Below, in pieces: positions 16,509 to 25,422 of a stretch of 64,000 nucleotides of DNA. The stretch lies in contig CABRZR010000006.1 of the NCBI GenBank assembly GCA_902475535.1, positions 22,720 through 86,719 of the forward strand, in the 5' to 3' direction. The first letter of the stretch is position 1, and each line of letters starts with the position of its first letter. The position numbers were made by a program, and so were the translations under genes. The notes below the pieces were generated by a model. It was not told the origin of the DNA. It saw only the letters and a list, made by a program, of their open reading frames with translations, and ran no database searches. The stretch comes from an uncultured Coriobacteriia bacterium (GTDB lineage: Bacteria > Actinomycetota > Coriobacteriia > Coriobacteriales > QAMH01).

Positions 16509-17405
16509 ATGAATAAGGAAAGAATGCACGAGCTCGTCGAGGGCATACACATGATAGACGAGATCGACCCCGCGGACTTCAAGACCATCAAGACGGACTT
16601 CGAGTTCGAGGAGCCACCCGCCGTCTCCATCTACATGCCCGTCCAGCACACCGAGCGAGACATGCGCCGCAACAACTGGGATCGCATCGAGTTCAAGGAC
16701 CTGGCAAAGGAGGCCAAGCGCCAGCTGCTCGCCAGCTGGGATGAGCGCGAGGTCAAGCCCATCCTCGAAAAGCTCGACTACATGTCCAAGCGCCAGGATA
16801 TGGAGCTGTGGCTCGAGGCCAAGAAGGGCCTCGCCTTCTTCCTCAACACCAAGACCTGCTACGTCTACAACATGGACATGACGCCCAAGGCCCAGGTCGT
16901 CGTCGGCGACGATTACGACTTCGCCCAGCTCAACGGCGAGATCATCGAGGATACGGCATCACGTTTCAAGCTCCTGCTTCTCAACGCGGATTTCTTCGCC
17001 GTGCTCGACGGCAACGATCAGGGCGTGCACTTCGAGGAGTTCCCGGAAGACGTCAAGCACTACTTCGCCGAGACCTTCCCGGAGTTCGACGGAGAGGTCA
17101 CGGCACTTGACTACTACAGCCTCGAGGACCATCTGCCGCCCTATCACGGCTGGAAGTCTCGCAATGACGTCAAGCAGGAGGAAGCGCGCAAATTCTTCCG
17201 CTATGTCGACAAGGTCATGAACGACGAGATCGTCCGTGACGAGACCGACATCCCCGTCATCCTCGTGACCGCACCTGAGCATCTCCACGATTTCCGCGAA
17301 GTATGCACCTTCAAGGCCCTGTACCCCAAGGCAATCGAGAAGGATCCGCGTGGCCTCACGGGCGGCGAGCTCGTCGCCGACGCGCTCGAGGTGCTCGGTA
17401 ACTAG
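16509..17405 (+). CDS. Hypothetical protein, possibly a bacterial eRF1-like (baeRF3-type) domain protein
   Basis: 298-aa ORF behind a strong RBS (GAAGGAGG) and an AT-rich promoter region. The segment PAVSIYMPVQHTERDMRRNNWDRIEFKDLAKEAKRQL resembles the N-terminal signature I recall for baeRF3-family proteins (...VSIYMPTHR....NPIR.KNLL.EAE..L). The family call is from memory. Confidence 0.5.
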   Translation: MNKERMHELVEGIHMIDEIDPADFKTIKTDFEFEEPPAVSIYMPVQHTERDMRRNNWDRIEFKDLAKEAKRQLLASWDEREVKPILEKLDYMSKRQDMELWLEAKKGLAFFLNTKTCYVYNMDMTPKAQVVVGDDYDFAQLNGEIIEDTASRFKLLLLNADFFAVLDGNDQGVHFEEFPEDVKHYFAETFPEFDGEVTALDYYSLEDHLPPYHGWKSRNDVKQEEARKFFRYVDKVMNDEIVRDETDIPVILVTAPEHLHDFREVCTFKALYPKAIEKDPRGLTGGELVADALEVLGN

Positions 17406-17414
17406 AAAGCTGGA

Positions 17415-18413
17415 ATGCGCATGACGAAGAGCGAGGGCAAGGGCAAAAGGGTCGTGCTATGGGTCGTAGGCATCATAGCCGGCGTGCTTCTCCTTGCCCT
17501 CGTCGTCATTAACGTGTACGTGCGCGTCGCGTACCACACGTACTACTCCGAGGCCCAGCGCGAGTTCAACATTCCCGGCATCCATGACGGCTTCGTGTGC
17601 CAGGACCTCGATTATTACGATGAGGGTAGCTGCTGGTTCTTCAGCGGCTATGATGTAAGCGGTGGCCCCTCGTACATCTATCGTCGCGATGCCGATGGCA
17701 CCGTCGCCCGTCTGCTCGTGATGCTCCCCGACGGCTCGATCTACGATGATCACGGCTCGGCCATAACGACGAACAGCCAATACGCCTTCCTGGCAAGCGA
17801 GGATGGCTACTTCGTCCTCAGTGCGTCAGACCTCGCCTCGGCAAGCGCCGGCAGTGCGGTGCAGACCATCTCCGCAGTCGATCTCGACATCACGCCGGCC
17901 TTCATGAACATCGAAAACGACACGCTCTACGCGGGTACCTTCCACCTCATCCCAAGCTATCCCGCCCCTGCGGAGCATCACCTCATCGCGCCTGACGGCA
18001 GCGAGAATGCTGGGGTCATACTCGCCTATCCGGCAGATGCAAACGGCGCATTTGGCTACGCCACGCAGGCAGCCTATGTCTATTCCATCCCGGATGCCGT
18101 TCAGGGCATGGCAGAGCTTCCCGATGGCAATATCATGCTCTCGAGCTCCTACGGGCTCACGTCCTCGCACCTGCGCACCTACGATGTGCACGATGCGCAG
18201 CAAGGCGCGACCTTCCTCGTCGACGGGCGCGAGGTGCCTCTGTACTTCCTCGATTCGACCAACCTCGTGGCAGACCTCGTTGCCCCGCCCATGAGCGAGG
18301 GCATCGAAAGCCACGACGGGCGCATCTGGATATCGGAGGAGTCCGCAGGCAACAAGTACCTCTTTGGCAAGCTCTTCGGTGCCGGCTCCGTGTACTCGAT
18401 CCTGGCTCAATGA
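17415..18413 (+). CDS. Membrane-anchored hypothetical protein (single N-terminal TM, large extracytoplasmic domain)
   Basis: 332-aa ORF starting 9 nt after the previous stop. TM segment VVLWVVGIIAGVLLLALVVINVYV. The remainder is rich in short beta-strand-like repeats. I recognise no motif. Confidence 0.6.
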   Translation: MRMTKSEGKGKRVVLWVVGIIAGVLLLALVVINVYVRVAYHTYYSEAQREFNIPGIHDGFVCQDLDYYDEGSCWFFSGYDVSGGPSYIYRRDADGTVARLLVMLPDGSIYDDHGSAITTNSQYAFLASEDGYFVLSASDLASASAGSAVQTISAVDLDITPAFMNIENDTLYAGTFHLIPSYPAPAEHHLIAPDGSENAGVILAYPADANGAFGYATQAAYVYSIPDAVQGMAELPDGNIMLSSSYGLTSSHLRTYDVHDAQQGATFLVDGREVPLYFLDSTNLVADLVAPPMSEGIESHDGRIWISEESAGNKYLFGKLFGAGSVYSILAQ

Positions 18414-18415
18414 CC

Positions 18416-19960
18416 CTAATGCCCGGCCTCGTCCTCGTAGAAGGCGTAGCGTCCCTTATCCAAGCGCTTGACCTTGTAGAGCGCTTCATCGGCCTGCGCG
18501 TATAGGTCGGCGAAGCTTACCTTGTCCTCCGATGGATCGTGGACGCGAATGCCCACCGAAACGCTCACCGCCATGTCATCCGCAGGCAAATCGTCGATGC
18601 ATTCGAGACCCTGGTCGATACGCTCGAGAATGGCATGCAAGGTATCCTTGTCAGTCGTCCCGGAGATGGCAATGGCGAACTCGTCACCACCCATACGGCA
18701 GGCAATGTCGGAAGAGCGGATGACCTTGCTGAAGACCTTGGCAACGCTACGCAAGACCTTGTCCCCCACCGCATGACCATAGGTGTCGTTGATACCCTTG
18801 AGATCGTCGAGGTCGATCATGAGCAAGGCGAAGGGCTCCTCGCGCTCGATCATGGCGTTGACCTGCATCGTGAAAGCCTGGCGACGCATGAGATGAGTCA
18901 ACTCGTCAAGATATAGACAGTCTGACCAAAAACGGTTGTAGAGATCTCGCAGGGCGTAGCGGACCTGTTGCACATCACGTACATCCTCGAGCGTAAGCAC
19001 CTGCGCCTCGCAACGCACGTCTTCATCGAGCCTGCTCGGCATGGGCAGCGACTCGGGCATGGACGTCGTGCCCCGCCAGCGTGGCACCGGCAACACGAGC
19101 AGCACGTTATCGGTGAAGGTGCCGCACATGAAGCCGCTGCCCGCATATGCGACCTGCTCGTTGACCGCTTTCATCGCGCGCACGACCTCGGACTCATCAC
19201 CAAAGAAGAGATAGCAGCCAAGTTTGACCTCGTCAGACTCGGCGATGCGTTCCTGAAGCATGGTGCTGCAGGCCAGGAAGTTGTAAAGCCCCGTCTTGGG
19301 CGAGATATAGAGACGCGCATCTTCCATGGTGACCATGAGCCCGATCATGATCATGACAAGACCAGGACTCGTGATGAGGATGTAGGGCCAGATCATCTGC
19401 ACGATGGCGACGGCAATGAGCACGAGGAAGGACGCGAGGAGCACGAGATTGTTGATGTGCCCGAGCACCGCGCGATAGCGCACGAGCAACACGATGAGCA
19501 GGATGATCGTATAAGCCACCATGACGTAGAGCACGTAGGCCTTGGGTCCGAGCGAATACGAGCCTTGTGGCGTATCGACATACTCGATGGGCAGGACAAG
19601 CTGCGCCGCGATGACGAGCACGCAAATCGCGCAGCTGAAGATGATGAGGTTTCGCTGGCTTCCCCCGCCCATGCGCTCGATGAGCATGAGCACGTAGATG
19701 AGCAGCAGGGCACACCACAGCGCGAGCGTGACGAGAAAGACGAGATGCCATCCGTAGTTGAAGGCATCGGGAACGAGCGCGCGATTGTTGACGGTGTACT
19801 CCGTCACCGAGGCGGCGCAGAGATTCGCGATGCTCACATAACCCATGCAGGAAAAGACACGAGATGCCTTCGTGGGCAGGCGGCGCTTGCGCAGGAAGAG
19901 CAGCAGGCAGTAGAGCATGATGACGAGGCACGCCAAAGGCAGGCGAATCTGCATGTACAT
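18416..19960 (-). CDS. Membrane-bound diguanylate cyclase (polytopic N-terminal sensor region + GGDEF domain)
   Basis: 514-aa ORF with about 6-7 N-terminal TM helices. The C-terminal FALLMIDLDDLKGINDTYGHAVGDKVLRSVA...RMGGDEFAIAI...ADEALYKVKRLDKGRY has an intact GGDEF active site. Confidence 0.9.
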   Translation of the reverse strand: MYMQIRLPLACLVIMLYCLLLFLRKRRLPTKASRVFSCMGYVSIANLCAASVTEYTVNNRALVPDAFNYGWHLVFLVTLALWCALLLIYVLMLIERMGGGSQRNLIIFSCAICVLVIAAQLVLPIEYVDTPQGSYSLGPKAYVLYVMVAYTIILLIVLLVRYRAVLGHINNLVLLASFLVLIAVAIVQMIWPYILITSPGLVMIMIGLMVTMEDARLYISPKTGLYNFLACSTMLQERIAESDEVKLGCYLFFGDESEVVRAMKAVNEQVAYAGSGFMCGTFTDNVLLVLPVPRWRGTTSMPESLPMPSRLDEDVRCEAQVLTLEDVRDVQQVRYALRDLYNRFWSDCLYLDELTHLMRRQAFTMQVNAMIEREEPFALLMIDLDDLKGINDTYGHAVGDKVLRSVAKVFSKVIRSSDIACRMGGDEFAIAISGTTDKDTLHAILERIDQGLECIDDLPADDMAVSVSVGIRVHDPSEDKVSFADLYAQADEALYKVKRLDKGRYAFYEDEAGH

Positions 19961-20058
19961 CCCGTGCCCCTCCCCTCGTGAACGCCAAGAGAATCAAGCG
20001 CAGATTATACCATCACAGCCGCTCTACGCGCTTCGAGGGGAACGCCGACACGCTGCCG

Positions 20059-21336
20059 TCATGCGGCGGCGGACTCGACCCTGATGCCCGGTGCCCCGAG
20101 CTTCACGAGCATGCAGGCCCCGATGCCAAGCAGGCTCTCGATGCGCTTCACGAAGGGCTCGACCTTGTCATTGGGCACGACCACCTGGATGGTGCCGCCA
20201 AAGCCGCCGCCATGAATGCGTGCCGAACCGCACAGCGTGCCGTCGACGGGAACGGTGAGCTCCGCGAGCACGCGCTGGCACAGGGCAAGCGTGACCATGG
20301 CGTCCTCGTGATCTCCGGGGAAGCCGACGTTTTGCAGGTGCTCTGCCGACACGATGCTCGAGCGATTGGTCAGGTATACGAAGCTTTGGGCATCATCGCG
20401 ACGCAAGGCCTCGACGCGCCGCTGCACGAGACGAAACTCCTCGAAGAAGGCCAGGCCGCGCAAGGCAACAAGATCGCCGTACTCTGCACGAACGCGGCCG
20501 ATGTCGTTGACGTATTGGTCCATGGAGATGTCACGAAGCTGCGCGACGCCGAAGGCATCGGCCGCATCTTGCATGTCCTGCGCGACGCTCGCGAAGGAAC
20601 TCGTCGCATTCTCGTGTCCGCTTCCACAGTTCACGAGAAGATAGGTGTAGCCATCGCAGGAAGGCGGCAAGATGACCTTGCTTATCGCAGGATTCACGCG
20701 ATTGGCGAAATCCATGAGAATGACGCCGCCAAACGCGCAGGCGATTTGGTCCATGATGCCACAGGGTTTGCCAAAGAAAGCCCGCTCGGCATGCAGGGCC
20801 ATCTGAGATAGATGCAAGGGCGTAAGACGCTTCTCGCGAATGTCGTCCTCGAGTGAGACGCCATCCCTGTGCGCGATGATGCGCCAGCCACCGATGACGG
20901 CAAGTGCGGCACCCACGCAAAGCTCGAAGGCAGCCGAGCTGGAAAGCCCCGCCCCAGAGGGTATGTCCGAGTGGATGTCGAGCGTGCAACCTTGCAACTC
21001 GACGCCCTGCTGCATGAGCTGGGCAGCCATTCCGCGCACGAGCGAGACGGTCGTGTTGCGCTCACTTGCCCGCGAGGTCCAGCAATTGGGATCGGCAAGG
21101 TTGATGGAGCATTCTCCATGCCCGTGGGAACGCACACGAATGCGGCTACCGGCATCCACATATGCATCGCAGACGATACGCCTGTCGACGGCCGAGGCGA
21201 TGACACAGCCACCTTGATGATCTTGGTGGTTTCCTGCAACTTCGGTTCTGCCGGGAACGCTTACGCGACAGTGGTCGATGAATCCAGACGCCTGATGGTG
21301 CTCGGGTGACACAATATCCATGGCCGGCCCTTCCAC
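20059..21336 (-). CDS. GHMP-family sugar kinase (galactokinase-like, divergent signature)
   Basis: 425-aa ORF with the GHMP ATP motif PSGAGLSSSAAFE. Its N-terminal galactokinase-signature equivalent, GRTEVAGNHQDHQGG, differs from the canonical GR.NLIGEHTDY.GG. Confidence 0.75.
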   Translation of the reverse strand: MEGPAMDIVSPEHHQASGFIDHCRVSVPGRTEVAGNHQDHQGGCVIASAVDRRIVCDAYVDAGSRIRVRSHGHGECSINLADPNCWTSRASERNTTVSLVRGMAAQLMQQGVELQGCTLDIHSDIPSGAGLSSSAAFELCVGAALAVIGGWRIIAHRDGVSLEDDIREKRLTPLHLSQMALHAERAFFGKPCGIMDQIACAFGGVILMDFANRVNPAISKVILPPSCDGYTYLLVNCGSGHENATSSFASVAQDMQDAADAFGVAQLRDISMDQYVNDIGRVRAEYGDLVALRGLAFFEEFRLVQRRVEALRRDDAQSFVYLTNRSSIVSAEHLQNVGFPGDHEDAMVTLALCQRVLAELTVPVDGTLCGSARIHGGGFGGTIQVVVPNDKVEPFVKRIESLLGIGACMLVKLGAPGIRVESAAA

Positions 21337-21450
21337 ACGTATTATGATTTTTGAATTGTTCGTCTGGCAAATAATCTATATCGCGTATGATTGTACCACC
21401 AGACGTTCCGAATTACCTGCAGGCGAGATAAAAAGGATGGGGCAGCGAAG

Positions 21451-23295
21451 ATGTTCGATTTCAGACGCGCGCTCAAGAGCGCCCTGCAGACCCATCCCGA
21501 TGACGAGCTCGTGCAGCTCCTCACGCCTTGGGGAGAGGCACTTGACCCCCACGACCTGCTCCAGGAATATCCGCGTCCCCAGATGCGCCGCGAATCATAC
21601 GCGAACCTCAATGGCTGGTGGGAATGCACGATACGCACAGACCAGCAGGAGGGAAACGAAGCCGACCCCGTCTACAGCGGGCGGATACTCGTTCCCTTCT
21701 CCCCTGAATCAGCGCTCTCCGGAGTAGGCCACCAACTGCTTCCCCACGAGACCATCTGGTATCGCCGCAGCGTCTCGATGCTCAAGCGCCCGGGCAAACG
21801 CTATCTCCTGCACTTCGGAGCAGTCGACTTCGCGTGCGAGTGCATCGTCAACGGGCATCCCGTCGGAAGCCATCGCGGTGGCTACACGCCTTTCAGCTTC
21901 GATATCACGGACGCCCTGCAGGCCTTCGGCGACGCAGAATCGGTCGCCACGATCGACCTCGCCGTACGCGACCCGAGCGAGACGGGCACGCAGCCACGCG
22001 GCAAGCAACGCCTCGACCGTGGCAGCATCTGGTACACCGCCCAAAGCGGCATCTGGCAGACCGTCTGGATGGAGGAGGTCAGCGACCCGTATGTCGAGAA
22101 GCTCGACGTACGCACCAACGAGGACATGCTGCAGCTGCGCGTGCACGTGGCGGGCAACATCGGCGATACCGAGCGTGCGCTCTCGGTCGACGTCTTCGAC
22201 GAAGGTGAGCTCGTCGCGTCTGCAAGCGCATCCGCGCAAGGCCCCGGCCCCCACGATATCGAGCTTACGCTCGAGAATCCCCGTCTCTGGAGCCCCGCTG
22301 ATCCGCACCTCTACGACCTTGGCATCTCCTATGGCGAGGATGCCGTGGGCAGCTACTGCGCATTTCGCAACTTCACCATCGAGCGCGTCGAGGGCAAGAG
22401 CATGCCGGTCTTCTGCTGCAATCACGAGCCGCTCTTTCTCAAGGGCGTGCTCGACCAGGGGTATTGGTCCGATGGCCTGCTCACCGCACCAAGTGACGAG
22501 GCCCTGCGCTACGACATCGAGACAGCCCGCAAACTCGGCTTCAACATGCTGCGCAAGCATCTCAAGGTCGAGCCGGCGCGCTGGTATTACCACTGCGACT
22601 GCCTCGGCATGATCGTATGGCAGGACATGGTCAACGGTGGCGCCCAGAGTTACCCCGCGTTTTGGACCAACCAGCTGCCAACGGTCTTTCCCGGCATCGC
22701 ACGTCATGTCGATGACACGAAGAAACTCGCACGCTTCGGTGCCGAAGACGCATCTACGCGTGAGCTCTGGCTCGAGGAGGCGCGTGCAACCATCGAGCAT
22801 CTCCGCTTCTTCCCCTGCATCGCGAGCTGGACCGTCTTCAACGAAGCCTGGGGGCAGTTCGAAGCGAACGAGATGACGAACGCATTGGCGCAGCTTGACG
22901 ATACGCGTCCCTTTGACCAGGCAAGCGGTTGGTACGACCAAGGTGGCGGAGATTGCGTCAGCGAGCACAACTACTTCCGCGATTTGCGTCTGCCCAAGGG
23001 CCATGGACGCGATGACGAACGTGCGCGCGTCATATCGGAGTTCGGCGGCAGCGCGTTCCGCGTCGAAGGACATAGCGCAATCGAGCGATCCTACGGTTAC
23101 GACAATCACGAGGATGCGGAAGAATTCACCGCTGCCGTCAAGCATAGGCTCGACGAGGCCAATGCGCTTGAAGCCGCGGGCCTTTCCGGCTACGTCTACA
23201 CGCAGCTTACGGATGTCGAGGAAGAGGTCAACGGACTCATCACCTATGACCGACGCATCGTGAAGGCAAGGCTCGCATCCGTTGACGAGGCGTAA
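21451..23295 (+). CDS. Glycoside hydrolase family 2 enzyme
   Basis: The ORF was trimmed to ATG 21451. GH2 sugar-binding region LHFGAVDFACECIVNGHPVGSHRGGYTPFSFDIT. The TIM barrel begins NMLRKHLKVEP. Acid/base motif WTVFNEAWG and nucleophile region ISEFGG. Confidence 0.85.
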   Translation: MFDFRRALKSALQTHPDDELVQLLTPWGEALDPHDLLQEYPRPQMRRESYANLNGWWECTIRTDQQEGNEADPVYSGRILVPFSPESALSGVGHQLLPHETIWYRRSVSMLKRPGKRYLLHFGAVDFACECIVNGHPVGSHRGGYTPFSFDITDALQAFGDAESVATIDLAVRDPSETGTQPRGKQRLDRGSIWYTAQSGIWQTVWMEEVSDPYVEKLDVRTNEDMLQLRVHVAGNIGDTERALSVDVFDEGELVASASASAQGPGPHDIELTLENPRLWSPADPHLYDLGISYGEDAVGSYCAFRNFTIERVEGKSMPVFCCNHEPLFLKGVLDQGYWSDGLLTAPSDEALRYDIETARKLGFNMLRKHLKVEPARWYYHCDCLGMIVWQDMVNGGAQSYPAFWTNQLPTVFPGIARHVDDTKKLARFGAEDASTRELWLEEARATIEHLRFFPCIASWTVFNEAWGQFEANEMTNALAQLDDTRPFDQASGWYDQGGGDCVSEHNYFRDLRLPKGHGRDDERARVISEFGGSAFRVEGHSAIERSYGYDNHEDAEEFTAAVKHRLDEANALEAAGLSGYVYTQLTDVEEEVNGLITYDRRIVKARLASVDEA

Positions 23296-23373
23296 CGTTT
23301 CGGACCCGAATCTTGGCTACAATAGGTAGTCACAATCCAATTTAGACGAATAGCAACGAAGGGCTGATGAAGC

Positions 23374-25374
23374 ATGGCACTGGGTGTGAGCAGAAGAGAC
23401 ATGGTAATGATCGGCGTGCTGCTGGCGGGCACGCTGCTGGCGGTTCTTAATCAGACCTTGCTCTCCCCCGCGCTTCCCGCCATCATGGCAAGCCTCTCGG
23501 TCGATGCGACCACCGTGCAGTGGCTCACGAGCGGTTACTCCCTCGTCGAGGCCGTCATCATCCCGCTATCGGCTTTCCTCATCGGACGCTACACGACCCG
23601 TCAGCTCTTCAACACGGGCTTCGTCATCTTCGCCATCGGCAGCCTCGCCGCCGCACTTGCCCCCAACTTCTGGGTGCTACTGCTCGGTCGCGTGCTGCAA
23701 GCCACATGCACGGGCATGGTCATGCCCATGGCGTTCACGGTGATCTTGCTCGTCTTCCCTCGCGAAAAACGCGGCACCGCCATGGGTGCCATCGGGTTGA
23801 TCATCGGCTTTGCCCCGGCCATCGGTCCCTCGGTTGCAGGCTTGCTCGTCGACTCGGTTGGTTGGCGCTGGTTGTTCGGCATCGTCACGATCCTGACCGT
23901 CGTCGTCCTCGTACTCTCGCTCGTGTTGCTACGCAACTACGGCGACTTCAAGCGCACGAGCTTCGATCCGCTCTCCGTCCTGCTCTCCTCCGCGGGTCTT
24001 ATCTGCCTGCTATATGGCCTCTCGACCTTCTCCTCGAGCGATAACCTCCTCGTAACGGGTGCGCTCATCGTCGTCGGCCTCGTGCTCGTGGGTCTCTTCG
24101 TGCGTCGCCAGCTCAAGCTACCCGTCCCGATGCTCAAGGTCGACATCCTCAAGACGCGCAAGTACGCGACGACCGTCATCATCATCGTCATCGTACAGGC
24201 CGCCCTCATGGGCACGGGCGTCATCACGCCGCTCTACATCCAGGGCGTCTGCGGCTACTCGGCCACGATGTCGGGTGTCGCCATGCTGCCCGGCGCGGTC
24301 ATCGGCGCCTTCATGGGACTCGTGAGTGGCCGTCTCTTCGACCGATTCGGTGTGCGCAAGGTCGTCGTGCCCGGTTCCATCGTCGCGCTCTTCGGCGCGT
24401 TTTGCCTCACGCTTCTGGGTATGGATACCGATTTCATCTTCATCATGCTCGCCTACACGATTCTCACCATCGGCCTGCAGTTCACGATGACCCCGCTCAA
24501 CACCTGGGGCGTCAACTCGCTGCCCAACGACGTCATCCAGCATGCGCAGGGCCTGTCCAACACGCTCAACCAGGTTGCCGCCTCGCTCGGCACGGCCGTT
24601 CTCGTGTCCATCTCCGCACTCGCGCCCGTCTTCGCGCCTGATGCCGTGGGCATCGAGCAGATGTTCATCGGCGACCACATGGCGTTTACCACCACGGCGG
24701 CGATCATGGTCATCGCCGTACTCGTCATCCTCTTCTTCGTACGCGACAAGGCAAGGGAGAAAGGTGCCGTGGAAGTCGAGGCACAGGCAGCCGGCGAGGA
24801 GACCGTCGATTACGCGGCCGGCTTTGACGGCGTGACGGTGGATGCCACGGCAAACGAGAACATCGCGGCCGAGGCTGGCAGTGACGCCTCCGGAGAGATG
24901 CAATACCACGTCTCGGATGCCATGAACCGCAATCCCCTCGCCGTCCTCGCCGGTACGACCATGGACGATGTCATCGAGTTCATGGCGGCGCATGACGCGA
25001 GCGGCTTGCCCGTCATCGACGAAAACGGCAAGCTCGTCGGCTTCATTTCCGATGGCGATGTGGCCTCCTACCTTGGCAGCAACGACATCTCGTTGCTCGA
25101 TTCGACGCTCAACATCTACCGTTTCGAGGATGACACCGCGCTCACCTCGCGCTTGGTCGACCTGCTCAACCTCGACGTCATGGACATCGCGACGAAACGC
25201 GTCATCTCCGTGCACGAGGACACGCCGCTCGACAAGGCAGTCCACACGCTCTCCGAAAAGCGCATCAAGAAGATGCCCGTCATAGACGGGGAAGGCAGGC
25301 TCGTGGGAGCCCTGAGCCGCCGCAACGTCATGCACGCCATCGCCGGCGCAATCGGCGAGCTCAAGAGCAAGTAA
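23374..25374 (+). CDS. DHA2-like (about 14-TMS) MFS transporter fused to a C-terminal CBS-domain pair
   Basis: 666-aa ORF. The N-terminal approximately 470 aa are polytopic, with MFS motifs (GRYTTRQLF, LLGRVLQA). The C-terminal approximately 150 aa hold two CBS repeats (VSDAMNRNPLAV...GLPVIDENGKLVGFISDGDV and VMDIATKRVISV...KKMPVIDGEGRLVGALSRRNVM). Confidence 0.85.
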   Translation: MALGVSRRDMVMIGVLLAGTLLAVLNQTLLSPALPAIMASLSVDATTVQWLTSGYSLVEAVIIPLSAFLIGRYTTRQLFNTGFVIFAIGSLAAALAPNFWVLLLGRVLQATCTGMVMPMAFTVILLVFPREKRGTAMGAIGLIIGFAPAIGPSVAGLLVDSVGWRWLFGIVTILTVVVLVLSLVLLRNYGDFKRTSFDPLSVLLSSAGLICLLYGLSTFSSSDNLLVTGALIVVGLVLVGLFVRRQLKLPVPMLKVDILKTRKYATTVIIIVIVQAALMGTGVITPLYIQGVCGYSATMSGVAMLPGAVIGAFMGLVSGRLFDRFGVRKVVVPGSIVALFGAFCLTLLGMDTDFIFIMLAYTILTIGLQFTMTPLNTWGVNSLPNDVIQHAQGLSNTLNQVAASLGTAVLVSISALAPVFAPDAVGIEQMFIGDHMAFTTTAAIMVIAVLVILFFVRDKAREKGAVEVEAQAAGEETVDYAAGFDGVTVDATANENIAAEAGSDASGEMQYHVSDAMNRNPLAVLAGTTMDDVIEFMAAHDASGLPVIDENGKLVGFISDGDVASYLGSNDISLLDSTLNIYRFEDDTALTSRLVDLLNLDVMDIATKRVISVHEDTPLDKAVHTLSEKRIKKMPVIDGEGRLVGALSRRNVMHAIAGAIGELKSK

Positions 25375-25386
25375 GGAATGACAAAG

Positions 25387-25408
25387 GGGGCGGCCTTACG
25401 GCCGCCCC
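25387..25408. terminator. GC-rich stem-loop between convergent MFS-CBS and CopA genes
   Basis: 9-bp stem GGGGCGGCC / GGCCGCCCC with loop TTAC, lying between the stops at 25374 and 25423. Confidence 0.55.
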
Positions 25409-25422
25409 AGTCGAGATGACGC

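Noticed and set aside
21451-23295. Annotating the GH2 enzyme as a beta-glucuronidase
   Set aside because: In a by-eye alignment of the region after the nucleophile Glu with E. coli GUS, the glucuronide-specific N-K motif appears to be replaced (EEEVNGLITYDR versus GGNKKGIFTRDR). A proper alignment is needed, so I kept the generic GH2 call.
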